From Octopus bimaculoides (Eukaryota): DNA of 59,348 nucleotides. Numbering within the stretch: the stretch's first letter is position 1; each line of letters starts with the position of its first letter. The DNA is taken from NCBI RefSeq assembly GCF_001194135.2, contig NC_069006.1:11730174-11789521 (forward strand), in the 5' to 3' direction. The position numbers were made by a program, and so were the translations under genes. Below the pieces are notes generated by a model, which saw nothing but the letters and a program-made list of their open reading frames with translations, was not told the DNA's origin and made no database searches. Positions 33,140-45,177 of this stretch are shown in pieces.

Positions 33140-33960
33140 CACTCCCTTCCCCCCTCTTTCCAACCCCCCTATCGTTCTCTCTCTCTCTCTTTTTTTGTTT
33201 GTTTTCACCATCTGTCTCTGTCTGATTGTCGATCCGTCTCTCCGCTCCTCTCTTCGACTCATCTTTTTGTCGTTCTGTCTTTTTTTCTGCCAGCTTGTCT
33301 TTCATCTCTCTCCCATCTCTCTCTCTGTCTCTGTCTACCCCTCTCTCTCTCTGCCAGGTTTTCTACTTGTTCCTTTGCTTTTCTTTTCTTTCTCTCTTTC
33401 TCTCTTTCTTCCTTTCTTTCTTTCTTTCTTTCTTTCTTCCTTTCTTTCTTTCTTCTTCTTCTTCTTCTTCTTCTTCTTCTTCTTCTTCTTCTTCTTCTTC
33501 TTCTTCTTCTCTGCCTATAGCTGTCTCTGTCTTTCTCTCTATCTGTCCCTCCCTCTCTCACTGTCACTCTGCTTGTGTCTGTTGCTCTCTCTCTCATTTC
33601 CCTTGTGTACCTTTTCTTTCCCTCTCACTTTCATTCTCTCTGTTTTCCCTTTTCCCCCCCCCCTCACTTTCATCTCTCCTACCTCTCTCCCCGTCTCATT
33701 TCTCTCATTCTCTCCATTGCTCTTCCCTCTCTCTCTCTCTCTCTCTCACACACACCCTGTTTTGTCTATCTTCCTCTTTCATGAACTATTTCCCCTTTCT
33801 TTGTCTTTCAGTGTTCTCTCTCTCTCTCCCCTCTCCCTCTCTCATATTACTTCCTACTTCTTATACTTTTTCTTCTTTCTACCCCTTTTACTCTTTGTCC
33901 TTCTCTCTCTCCTCCTCTCTGTTTTCCTCCTATGCCTCTCCTATTCTCCTTTCCCCCTCT
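33140..33960. repeat. Long polypyrimidine tract with (CT)n, (CTTT)n and about 20 (CTT) units, upstream of TMED6-like gene
   Basis: Directly visible; explains the F/L/S-rich and R/E/K-rich ORFs here. Confidence 0.9.
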
Positions 33961-34112
33961 CTTTGGAACAAAGTAGTGAGTGCTAAATATATTGTTTACG
34001 AATGCAACACAGTGAGATAATCCACACTGTGGTGCCTACTTACAGCTAAGTAGACTGGACTGTTGACAGTTAAGTGTTTTGGTCATGGGAACTTATATAT
34101 CATTATATAAGT

Positions 34113-34455
34113 GCAAGAGTGGTTGTGTGGTAAGTAGCTTGCTTACCAACCACATGGTTCCGGGTTCAGTCCCACTACGTGGCACCTTGGGCAGGTGCTT
34201 TCTACTCTAGCCTTATGCCGACCAAAGCCTTGTGAGTGGATTTGGTAGACGGAAACTGAAAGAAGCCCATCGTATATATATATGTGTGTGTGTGTGTGTG
34301 TCTGTGTTTGTCCCCCCAACATCGCTTGACAATCGAGACTGATAGAATAAGTACTAGGCTCACAAAGAATAAGTCCTGGGGTTGATTTGCTGAACTAAAG
34401 GCAGTGCCCCAGCATGGCCGCAGTCAAATGACTGAAACAAGTAAAAGAGTAAAAG
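34113..34455 (+). mobile_element. SINE family B, full-length copy
   Basis: GAGTGGTTGTGTGGTAAG head, GGTTCCGGGTTCAGTCCC, GTGGCACCTTGGGCAGGTG CORE-like, tail GTAAAAGAGTAAAAG. Confidence 0.85.
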
Positions 34456-34639
34456 AATTGTTGGTGATAATATACTCAGCAGTTATTTTGTGACTAGATT
34501 TCTGGTGCCTTTTCAAGATGGTCACCTTACATTCCTTGAATCATACTGTTCATATTAAAATGCGTAGGTATCTCTAAAGGTGCATGCTTCATCTCAGTAA
34601 GTAGTAGGAGAACTATGTGATTCACAAATGATTTGCTTG

Positions 34640-35050
34640 TGATCATCCAGCCATCTTCTCCACCCTTTTTTGTCTGAGAGAGTCTTGGGAGTTGTCCTCA
34701 GGTATCTCTTCCATAGGAACCTTTCAGAAGCAAGCATCATTACACTTTCCTGCTGGATTACCAAGCTTACCAACTGAGGCCATGGATATTATCCAACTGT
34801 CTCATTCTTGATTCACCCCTAGGTCTCCTGCCGTTTTAGTTTGAAGAATTCGTCTTGAGATTCTTTTCTGTGGTATTCTTACTCAAGCGATCCTTCAGAA
34901 GAACTTCAACCCCAATTCAGCTGCTTGAATTCTCGATCATTCTGTGTGAAATACGATTAAGACATGTCTTAAAACTACAGACAAGGTGACCCTTCATATC
35001 TGTAATTTCTCTAGAAATCCTTGACAGGGACATTTGTGTGATCAGGGAGA
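34640..35050 (-). mobile_element. Old, decayed RTE-like LINE C-terminal remnant
   Basis: Fragments such as RRPRGESRMRQLDNI echo GxRPRGRPxxRWxDNI; many stops and frameshifts. Confidence 0.4.
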
Positions 35051-35843
35051 TCTAGATTCAAGGAAAGCTATCAGTTAAGGGCAAAATATTTGTTATCAGT
35101 GCAAATCAATGCATTTTGGTGCTCTTGTTTAACCCAAGGTCAGCATTGACTGAGCAGACTGTTGATCCAGGACATTCTTGTCATGACCACCCCTCTTTCT
35201 CTCTATCGTATTGTCCATTTTGAATGATATTATCTAAATGTTAACTAGGTGAGTAGTGAAGGAGGGAGAAACTTATCTGCCATTTTTGTAGATTGTGTAA
35301 TCACACATTGAGTCCCTTGTCAACTTGTGTATGTGCATGTATATATGTGTGCATGAATACATGCATACAACTTCAAATAAAATGCACATGTTTTTATATA
35401 TATATATATATATGATCCAAGAAAGTTAGGGATAATGATTGTTTATATATATTTTTTTATGTTTATATTTAGATATTGTAAATTAACTTCTTGGACTTTA
35501 TAAAATCTCTGAAGAGGCCTAGAGAATCATACATGTACCTCTATTTCATCCATTTTATCTATCAATTACTCCAGCCTACTGGAGTTATATAGATAGAATG
35601 AGGAATGTTACCCCTAGACTGAAACAGGTGTAAGACATTGTCCCATCTTTTTTAATTACTGATATGACATAATATGTCACATGTGTTTGCATATTGTTTT
35701 TATTGTCCTCTTAGTTGAAAAATAAACAGGTAAATTGACACAATACAATGTCTGCAAGTTGATGAATACCACCTATTCCCCTCCATTTTCTTATTGCTAT
35801 ATACACACATTTCTATTTTCTCTCCCTGTTTATTTCTGTGTTC

Positions 35844-35968
35844 CTTTCTGTTGAAGAGCATAAGCTTGAAACATGAAAGACTTTCTCACTTCCCAAGTGT
35901 TAAACTAATACATCTGTTTGTTGTTTACACACCCATCTTCGTCTTTTGTTTTTTTGTAAATTCTCACT
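35844..35968 (+). mobile_element. Penelope-type terminal repeat with decayed hammerhead motif, ending at (TA)n
   Basis: CUUU-CUGUUGA-A-GAGC-AUAA-GCUU-GAA-ACAU-G-AAAG at 35844-35879; downstream 90 nt match 59232-59322. Confidence 0.55.
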
Positions 35969-36772
35969 ATATATATATATATATATAATAAAGAAGANNN
36001 NNNNNNNNNNNNNNNNNNNNNNNNNNNNNNNNNNNNNNNNNNNNNNNNNNNNNNNNNNNNNNNNNNNNNNNNNNNNNNNNNNNNNNNNNNNNNNNNNNNN
36101 NNNNNNNNNNNNNNNNNNNNNNNNNNNNNNNNNNNNNNNNNNNNNNNNNNNNNNNNNNNNNNNNNNNNNNNNNNNNNNNNNNNNNNNNNNNNNNNNNNNN
36201 NNNNNNNNNNNNNNNNNNNNNNNNNNNNNNNNNNNNNNNNNNNNNNNNNNNNNNNNNNNNNNNNNNNNNNNNNNNNNNNNNNNNNNNNNNNNNNNNNNNN
36301 NNNNNNNNNNNNNNNNNNNNNNNNNNNNNNNNNNNNNNNNNNNNNNNNNNNNNNNNNNNNNNNNNNNNNNNNNNNNNNNNNNNNNNNNNNNNNNNNNNNN
36401 NNNNNNNNNNNNNNNNNNNNNNNNNNNNNNNNNNNNNNNNNNNNNNNNNNNNNNNNNNNNNNNNNNNNNNNNNNNNNNNNNNNNNNNNNNNNNNNNNNNN
36501 NNNNNNNNNNNNNNNNNNNNNNNNNNNNNNNNNNNNNNNNNNNNNNNNNNNNNNNNNNNNNNNNNNNNNNNNNNNNNNNNNNNNNNNNNNNNNNNNNNNN
36601 NNNNNNNNNNNNNNNNNNNNNNNNNNNNNNNNNNNNNNNNNNNNNNNNNNNNNNNNNNNNNNNNNNNNNNNNNNNNNNNNNNNNNNNNNNNNNNNNNNNN
36701 NNNNNNNNNNNNNNNNNNNNNNNNNNNNNNNNNNNNNNNNNNNNNNNNNNNNNNNNNNNNNNNNNNNNNNNN

Positions 36773-36811
<39 letters not shown>

Positions 36812-37039
36812 ATATGATGGACTCTCCTGTCGTTAGACGACGTATGAGATTTTGACAGTCTCTTACTGAACAACCACACAGATGATTTGTTTATTGTGTT
36901 CAAATGTTTGTGTACACATAAGTTCATTCCCTCCATCAAATCGACATTACCTGTGCAGGTGCAACGGGTGCCACATGTCAGATGACGAAATGATCGCAGA
37001 GTAACGTGAAATGAAGTACTTTGCTCAAGAGCACAACGC

Positions 37040-37440
37040 AATGCCCGGTCTGCTTGACATCCTCCACAAAAACGCATCTGGGCATGAGGAAATATTACCT
37101 TAGTTAGAAACAGGTGGGGGTTGGTGACAGGAAGAGTATTCAGCCATAGAAAATCCACCCCAACAAATTCTATCTGATTCATGCGAGAATTGGAAAAGTG
37201 AACGTTAAAATGATGATGATGATTATGATGATGATGATGGTAGTACTTCATCATCATCATCATCGTTTAACGTCCGCTTTCCATGCTAGCATGGGTTGGA
37301 CGATTTGACTGAGGACTGGCGAACCAGATGGCTACACCAGGCTCCAATCTGATTTGGCAGTGTTTCTACAGCTGGATGCCCTTCCTAAACGCCAACCACT
37401 CCGAGAGTGTAGTGGGTGCTTTTACGTGCCACCGGCACTT
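37040..37440. mobile_element. Two RTE-type 3' ends tail-to-tail
   Basis: Plus copy ends GTTAAAA(TGA)n near 37240; minus copy begins (CAT)nCGTTTAACGTCC near 37250. Confidence 0.75.
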
Positions 37441-38099
37441 CGTATGTATGTATGTCTGTATGTATGTATGTATGTATGTATGTAGGTAGGTATGTATGTT
37501 GTATGTATGTATGCATGTATATATGTATAACAATGATTTTGATAGTATATTCATGGTAGATAACCTAAGTCCTTCTATTGAAGTTGTGCTTGTGTGTGTG
37601 TGTGTGTGTTTGTGTGTGTACATGTGCGTGTGTGTTTGTGCATGTGTCTGTGTTTGTGTGTGTGTTTGTGTGTATGCATGTATGTATATTTAAAAAGGTA
37701 GCACAAAGGGATTATAAAGAGAATTTACGGGAAACTCACACACACATAAACGCAAGCATGCTCTATCCTTCATCAGTTGTCGGTCAAATTTCATCATAAT
37801 TTCTACACTTTTCAACAATATTGTTCGATTTGACAGTGCTAGCAATATAATTTGGTGGTGTATACACAAGCAGACAAAGAAGACAAAGTAAGATAGAAAA
37901 ATTTAGAAATAGTAACAGGAAAAAAAAAAGTCTGTTGTCCAAACGATAAATAAAACCAAGTTGTGAGGGAGGATGAGAAAGATATACAGTCGTATAGAAA
38001 GATGTGTGTGTGTGTGTACACATATATTTATATACACATATATAAGCACACATATATACATCTCTCTCTCTCTCTCGCTTTCTCTATCTGTCTCTCTCT

Positions 38100-38257
38100 C
38101 TTTGGTAAGAAGCTTGCTTCCCAACCACATGGTTCTGGGTTCAATCCCACTGCATGGCACTTTGGGCAAATGTCTCCTATTACAGCCTCGGGCTGACCAA
38201 AGCCTTGCGAGTATATTTGGTAGACGGAAACTGAAAGAAGCCCATTGTATGTGTGTT

Positions 38258-38302
<45 letters not shown>

Positions 38303-38435
38303 TTGTGTGTGTTCGTCCACCTCACCACCGCTTGACAACTGTTGTTGCTGTGTTTACGTCCCTGAAACCTAGCGGTTCAGTAAAAGAGACCGATAGAATA
38401 AATACTAGGCTTACAAATATTAAGTCCTGGGATCG
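38100..38435 (+). mobile_element. SINE family B copy (tail truncated)
   Basis: Head, CORE-like GGCACTTTGGGCAAATGTC, (TG)n and part of tail. Confidence 0.75.
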
Positions 38436-38449
38436 ATATATATAGTGAA

Positions 38450-38750
38450 GGCGTAATGGCTCAGTGGTTAGGGCAGCAGACTCGTGGTCGTGGGATCGCG
38501 GTTTTGATTCCCAGACCGGGTGTTGTGAGTGTTCATTGAGTGAAACACCTATAGAGCCACGAGGCTCCGGCAGGGGATGGGGGCGAACCCTGCTGTACTC
38601 TATCATCACAACTTTCTCTCACTCTTACTTCCTGTTTCTGTTGTACCTGTAATTCAAAGGGTCAGCCTTGTCACACACTGTGTCACGCTGAATATCTCTG
38701 AGAACTACGTTAAGGGTACACCCTCGTCGTCATAACCGACGGAGTGTCAC
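38450..38750 (+). mobile_element. tRNA-derived SINE family C
   Basis: A box TGGCTCAGTGG, B-box-like GGTTTTGATTCCC; tail CCCTCGTCGTCATAACCGACGGAGTGTCAC. Confidence 0.8.
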
Positions 38751-38897
38751 GATATATATCTATATACATATATATATATGTTGTTGTATTTGGGGATGGT
38801 CATATTGCCAGTTTAGCCAATAAAAGCACACGCACTGTATATTTGGTGTTAATTTGCTTCAGCTTTATATTACATTACATTACATTAATCCTATTTC

Positions 38898-38942
38898 GGC
38901 CAGAGTTCTTTCGTCACACTTCTGTGACCTCATCAGTGGTCC
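38898..38942 (-). ncRNA. Minimal type I hammerhead ribozyme motif in the Penelope 3' region
   Basis: GGACCA-CUGAUGA-G-GUCACA-GAAG-UGUGAC-GAA-AGAACU-C-UGGCC: canonical core, 6-bp helix II, CUC triplet; weak helix I and non-palindromic helix III. Confidence 0.65.
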
Positions 38943-39273
38943 TTTGCTTTCTTCTTTCTTATGTGTGTCCCACCTTCCTAACTATCAGCGATTTGTATTA
39001 TGTATTCCTATTGTATGTGTCTACGCATGCGTATCCCTCAACGTGTGTCTATGTTTTGTAAGTGCATGTGTGTGTATGGGGAGTGCCTGTATTATCTATA
39101 TCCTCTGTTAATACATGTTCGTTTATTTTTGTTTTTATTTATTTATTTGTTCATGTGTTTATATCTACTTTTTTTTTGTATTTAATTTAATTTTGTTAAC
39201 GTATGTAGTATTTAATTCTATTTGTTTATCTATGTATTGTATTGTATTATATTTTGTTCATATTGTTATTGGT

Positions 39274-41240
39274 TTATGGGGAATTTATTGTCATATGTTG
39301 TGGTTTGTTGGGGTTAGGGTTAGTGTTCCATTCCAGTTTCCTATTCAGGCTAGGTTTCTCTTCTATTATGTGTGTAGCTTCTGTAATTTGTCTAAGTGCT
39401 GCGTCTCTGCTATCTGTGGACAAGATTTTAATTTCTATGTTGTTGAGTGAGCCTCCATGTTCTTGCTCAGCGTACTGGTGCAGAACTGATGAGCTCTTCC
39501 GTTCCTTAAGTTCCGTCCAATGTTCATTTGACCGCTCCCCTATGCTCCATGCTGTTTCACCTACATACGTCATTGTCTTGTTACTGCATCGTCCCTCTGT
39601 ACATCTTATACTATAGACCACATTTCTGGTTTTACAGTTTGTTTGTGGGCTAAATCTACATACAGTACAGTTCCTATCAGTGCAGGGGATTCTACTAAAA
39701 GGGTATGTTCTACTGATAAGGGATTTGATAGGGTTGCTTGGCCTTTCAACAACCTTAATTCTTAGCTTAAGTTTGTCTAGGGCCCTTCTAAAGCGGTACG
39801 CCAGTTCGCTTCTAGGGGTGATATCGACGAACATGGCGCTCTGGTATTTGTGGCTATCATACCATGAGTTGGCCTTCCCTATTTTCTTCTTAATCCTTTC
39901 AATGGTGTTCCATGATTTGCTCCTATAGAGTGGGCAAATCCCATTCCTATCGTTACGTTTGATGGTTTCAAATTTCTTCATGGCTCCTTTGTATACTCTG
40001 ATCCTGTCTTTATGGCTGTAACCTGAGAACTGCATGCGGTGGACGAAATGTTGTATATGTCTCTTTAACTCTGTAGGGTTGCACATGCAGGACACATTTC
40101 GCATTACTCTGACGAGGTCTGCCATCAATATATTAAATTTGGCATTGTCCGCAATAGCCGAGTTCCGGTGGATCAGGTATTTGGAGGCCATAGGTTTTGC
40201 ATAGTGTGAATGGAGGATTCGGGTTTTATTATTCTCAGTTTCTAACCAAAGTTCAGTATCTAGTACAGGTAATCTATGGTTAGGGTGTTTAGTAGGGTAG
40301 TCTATCGTAACCTTAATACTCTGGTGGATGGAGTTAGCTATTTGCTGGATGCTCTCCATAGTATTAGTTTCTATTTATATTTCATGAGTACTCTCTTGTG
40401 GGGGTGTCTTTACCACTACGTTGATATCATCGACATATCGAGAGTACATATTCACGAGTATGGAGTTCTGTGTCAGGCGTTCCTTAAGCCTTCTGTCCCA
40501 CCATACCATGAAGAGATTGGCCACATCACCGGCGATACTAACNNNNNNNNNNNNNNNNNNNNNNNNNNNNNNNNNNNNNNNNNNNNNNNNNNNNNNNNNN
40601 NNNNNNNNNNNNNNNNNNNNNNNNNNNNNNNNNNNNNNNNNNNNNNNNNNNNNNNNNNNNNNNNNNNNNNNNNNNNNNNNNNNNNNNNNNNNNNNNNNNN
40701 NNNNNNNNNNNNNNNNNNNNNNNNNNNNNNNNNNNNNNNNNNNNNNNNNNNNNNNNNNNNNNNNNCTGATGAACATTAGCGGGGGTCCGTATGGCTCTGG
40801 TCCATCCGCTCCATCTCTCTATAGGGGTCTTCCTAGCCATAGAGGTAATTGTGGGTGGTCTACCTCTTAAACGTCTACTAGGGCAGAAACCTCTAAGGTC
40901 GTGTTTATCTAGATATACCTCGTCATATGTCAATCTAAGTAGGAGGCCCAGTTCTTCTGTGTTGACATTGCGGAACTCCACTTCGCTCTCGTTGATCATC
41001 TCCACGCACTTTTCCACCGCAAAATCCACGTCGATAGATGGGTATAGTGATACCACATCCATGCTACCCACTATACACCCTGTTAGGTCACAGGTGTTGT
41101 TACAGTCGTTGATCCTGCTGAGGAGATCTTCTGTGCTGTTACCAACATCAGGTGACATCCGGATTATAGGGTGTATAATCATTGAGACGAAGTAGGAAAT
41201 CCTGTAGTTGCTAGCAACATTCGCTCCACAGACTAGTGGA
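39274..41240 (-). pseudogene. Penelope RT-GIY-YIG polyprotein, interrupted by one visible in-frame stop and an assembly gap
   Basis: ORFs 40375-40776 and 39274-40359 share a frame, separated by TAA at 40377-40375 (STHEI*IETNTMES); gap 40543-40765 hides part of RT. Confidence 0.88.
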
Positions 41241-41253
41241 ATATATATAAATG

Positions 41254-41294
<41 letters not shown>

Positions 41295-41809
41295 GATTTA
41301 TGTTGTTGATGGCATAAACTTATTTTACAGTTTACTTTGGTCTATCGAATGCAACACACATATATATGTAGGTATGTATGTGTGTGTGTATGTGTGCTCA
41401 AATTACCATGCGATGGAACTGAACCCGAAACCATATGCATGGGAAGCAAATTTCTCACCACACAGACACGCCTGCACCTCTTTAGTCTAAATGTGCTCAA
41501 TAATAATAATAAAATTCCTAAGCCTTTCTCTATCAATTTTATTCCCATCATTATGTACATTAAACGGAATTATATAAGAAGATGGTGTGAAAGTTCCAGC
41601 AGGACATTTAATTAAGTGAAATATAATGTAATCATTGCATCATTGCAGGGATGTAGGGTTGAGTCTGAGGTTGGTAGTGCAAAGACAGCTACGAAGCAGG
41701 CTTTAATGTAAAACTATGTAAAACTGGCTTAGACTGGTTATGGAAATCACAATGGTTTGTACAGTGTCATCAAATCTCTTTAAAATTCTGATGATATAAA
41801 TGCTTCTCA

Positions 41810-43375
41810 GAGCTGCAGAAAGTAAAGCAAAGCCGGTGGGACTTGGTGGAGTATGTCAAACGCTCCCGCACAGGCTTTCATGGATGACACTACCATCCTG
41901 ACATTCAAAGAGTCAGATCCTCGCAAGATGCTAATTCGACTGGATGACTTAATGATCTGGAGCAGGATGACACTTAACTCGAAGAAATCTCGAGGTCTCT
42001 CCTCCAGGAAAGGGAAGTTGAACCAAGAAACCAGACTTGAATGGATGACCAAAGACTGACACTCCGGCGGTTACAACGACGAGGGTTCCAGCTGTTCCGA
42101 TCAATGGAGCAGCCTACTCGTGAAATCAACGTACAAGTGGCTGAGCATTCCACAGACACACATATCCTTAACGTATTCAGGGTGACAAGGCTGGCCATTT
42201 GAAATACAGGTACAACTTATTTTTGCCAGCTGGGTGGACTGGAACACCTCAAAATAAAATGTCTTGCTCAAGGACACAATGCGCCGCTGGGAATCGAATT
42301 CACGACTTTACAGTTGTGAGTTGAATACCCTAACCAATGAGCCACGCATATGGTAAAGTCTGGGAAGACGGTACTCTGAAAGATGCAGACTCTGAAGGAT
42401 ACGAAACGGGTAAAAGTGTTCGCTCAAACAGTTGATGAAAGTCTCCAGAAGATTGATCGCTTTCCATTCCCGGGAAAATACAAAGTATGGTGTTTCCAAC
42501 ATATGCTTATATCAATGTTGTGATCGCTACTTGTACACACAATTGCCACGAACACAGGTGAAGCAATGGAGGCGAAAATCTACAAACTTATCTAGAAAAG
42601 ACTAGGTGTTGCTTCTGGATTGTCTGATGTTAACCTTTACTGTCGACAGACAAAACTGAAGTTGCCACTGAAATTAATTGTAGAAGAATACAAAGCTGGA
42701 AAGACGAAATTGCAGATGATGTTAGGGTGCCCCAAGGACAGAGCGGTCAGATCATTACAGCCTACATTGAAAATAAACAGGAAATGGAAGGCCTTATATG
42801 CCACAGTAGAGGCTAAAAAAGAACTCGCCCTTAAGAAAGTCATTGACTTTACCCAGCAAGTAAAATGCAATGGTTGTCGACGAGTACGGGTAGAGACTGC
42901 TGAAGCTTGATAATACAGGAAGTAAGGTTAGAGGAGGATAAAATAAGGTATTACAAAAGTAATACAACAGATTTGATAAGGACAATCGACAAATTGAGAC
43001 GAGTCATTTGCAAAAGTCAGTTACATGGAACGATGTGTGGGAGATGGATTAAAAATAAAAATTCAATCATAAAGTTGTGCTTGGACAAAATCTGAAGGGG
43101 AAATGAGAAATATATGCAGACCTCCCAGATTGGTGCAAAAATTTTACCAGTATAAAAGGACAAATACTAGATATTGTCCTATGGTCGAAATCAGGTGCCA
43201 AAATATCTTGTTTGAGTTGACTGTTCCTTACGAGAGCCGAGTAGATGAAAGAAATAACAAAAGAGGGGTACCATTGCATTGATGAAACCGAAAAAGAATA
43301 CAGCAAGCCATTAAACATAGGAGAAAGGAAACCAAGTTTAAAGCAGTGAAAATTCATGAGGTGGATTTTATGGTC
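41810..43375 (+). mobile_element. Decayed HERO-like (RLE-type) non-LTR retrotransposon fragment
   Basis: QAFMDDTTIL...WSRMTLNSKKSRGL; VKSLGR; PGKYKVWCFQH; LYCRQTKLKLP...EEYKAGK; DIVLWSKS...ELTVPYE (RLE nuclease motif). Many stops and frameshifts. Confidence 0.7.
42054..42347 (-). mobile_element. tRNA/CORE-like SINE nested in the HERO-like LINE
   Basis: Minus strand GCGTGGCTCATTGGTTAGGG head, GTGAATTCGATTCCC B box, GTCCTTGAGCAAGAC core, tail shared with 38730-38750. Confidence 0.75.
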
Positions 43376-43805
43376 GAGCAATAAAGTCACTCAAAGGTTC
43401 CAATTTCAATTTCTCTAAATAAGAGCAGGAGCACACCTTGGAGTCACTACCTAGGTGGTCCTGCTTTACCTGCTCATCTTGCAACGAATTTCAACATACA
43501 GTGCGAAAAATCTAAGGGAGGCAATTCTTATATTACACATTGGTATTAAGAGTTATTTCCCTTCGTCTATATCGACTTCAAAAGATGGAAGATAAGTGCT
43601 TGGTTACGATGGGATCTCCTGTGTTGGATTTATATGGAGGGAACGAAAATGTTTCAATCAACATCGCTTAAATTTCACCTAACCAAAGACACTACTGTGA
43701 AATGGGGTCTGAATTCCCCTCTTCTTGACAGTGGAGCAGTCCAAATACCTGTCACTTTTGATTTGTCCACAAAAGTAACAGAGAATAGGCAAGATACATA
43801 TGTAT

Positions 43806-43851
<46 letters not shown>

Positions 43852-43863
43852 AACACACACACA

Positions 43864-44387
43864 CAATAATGCCTCGATATACGAGTTAATTTGTTCCCGG
43901 AGATCACTCGTAAAGCAGAGCAATAATTTTCCATCGTAGCAAATCCCTGAAAATTATTTTACCTATAAAATTTATAACATTCGTAAATAAATGGCAATAA
44001 AACAACAGTAAAATGTAAAGAATACTATATGTAAAGGAAAAAGAATGTCATGATCATTTATAGTAAAAAATATTATAATAATCGTTTTCTGAATCACTTT
44101 CCCTCGCACTAGACTCGTGCACACCATCACTTGTAGACGCGATCTCTGATTCACAAGCACTCGTAGACAGACTTGTAGATTTCTTTTTAAAAAACAAGGC
44201 TAGAGTTTTTTGCTTAGAAGAAGCCTTTTTATCGCTCTTTTTAAATTTCTCGGTAACACACAGAAGCATTTGTTATGAAAGTCGAAACTTTTGCACTTTG
44301 TTCAAAATTTGGATCTTGTGTTTGAAAAATAAAACTCGTAAACCTGGGGTTTCGTAAAATGGGTCCTTGTAAAATGAGGTATTACTG
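43864..44387. mobile_element. pogo/Tigger-like non-autonomous DNA transposon
   Basis: TIRs CAATAATGCCTC (43864) and GAGGTATTACTG (44376-44387) followed by TA; internal remnant KQKTLALFFKK resembles pogo C-termini. Confidence 0.6.
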
Positions 44388-44804
44388 TATATGTTCAGGC
44401 ATACTTACACAAATGTGTCCCCATTGACCTAGTTTCTTCATAACTTCCAGTAAAAATGGATATTTTTTAAATGAAATTTTCTATAAATACACTCCAGATG
44501 ATATAGATTCCTATTATACTGAAATTTGACGTGAAATTTTTTTCCAATTGAAAGGAAAGGGTTTTTGGAAAATTCACTTGATTCTGGTTTGTTTCCTCAT
44601 AACTTTCAGGAAAATGTAATCGTAAGAAGGTACCACAGTGTGATGTAGTTCACTGTACTGTGTCCATGACCAACACTTGTCAACAATCCAGTCTGCCAAG
44701 CTGTAAGCAGGTATTACTGTGTTGTGTTCATAAACAATATATTTAATACTCATTACTTGATTCTAAAGAGAGAGGAAAAGGAGAATAAGAGAAGCATGAG
44801 AGGA

Positions 44805-44843
<39 letters not shown>

Positions 44844-45177
44844 AATGAGAGATGCAGAGAGAGAAGGACAAAGAGTAAAACAGGTGAGAGAGAGATAAAG
44901 AAGAGAGAAAAGGTATGGGTAAGAAGTAAGAAGTAATATTAGAGAGTCTCCCTACTAAATCACATCACTGATGCAATTTTTATGTGATGACATAAATTGT
45001 ACAAGATTATTTCTCATTATCTAAAATCTTTATAATTCTTCCATTATAAACATACTCCCTAATTCTCCTTTTTAAGATTATAACTCTCTCACACGTCTCT
45101 TTCCCCTCCCTCTCTTACCAATGCATCATAGCTCCCACTCCCAATTGACTCATTTCTATCCTTGCACAATATTCATA

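Larger units (their letters stand above)
38780..41240 (-). mobile_element. Penelope-like retroelement, 5'-truncated, flanked by (TA)n
   Basis: RT motifs (PLVCG, SMDVVSLYPSID, YSRYVDDI, LPVLDT), Cys-rich linker and GIY-YIG nuclease (NVVYSIRC...TYVGET...ERSNEH); 3' terminal region with hammerhead motif. Confidence 0.93.

Noticed and set aside
33111-34020. Long F/L/S-rich and poly-R ORFs
   Set aside because: Products of the polypyrimidine and (CTT)n tract, which lacks stops by composition.
39310-39324. TTAGGG-like repeats
   Set aside because: Only about two units, encoding NPNP at the end of the Penelope ORF; not telomeric.
39486-39500. CTGATGAGCTC on the plus strand
   Set aside because: Antisense to the Penelope ORF with no helix II/GAAA/helix I partners.
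43634-43800. Natural-looking peptide MFQSTSLKFHLTKDTTVKWGLNSPLL...
   Set aside because: Several frames on both strands are open, splice sites are weak, and no motif is recognised.
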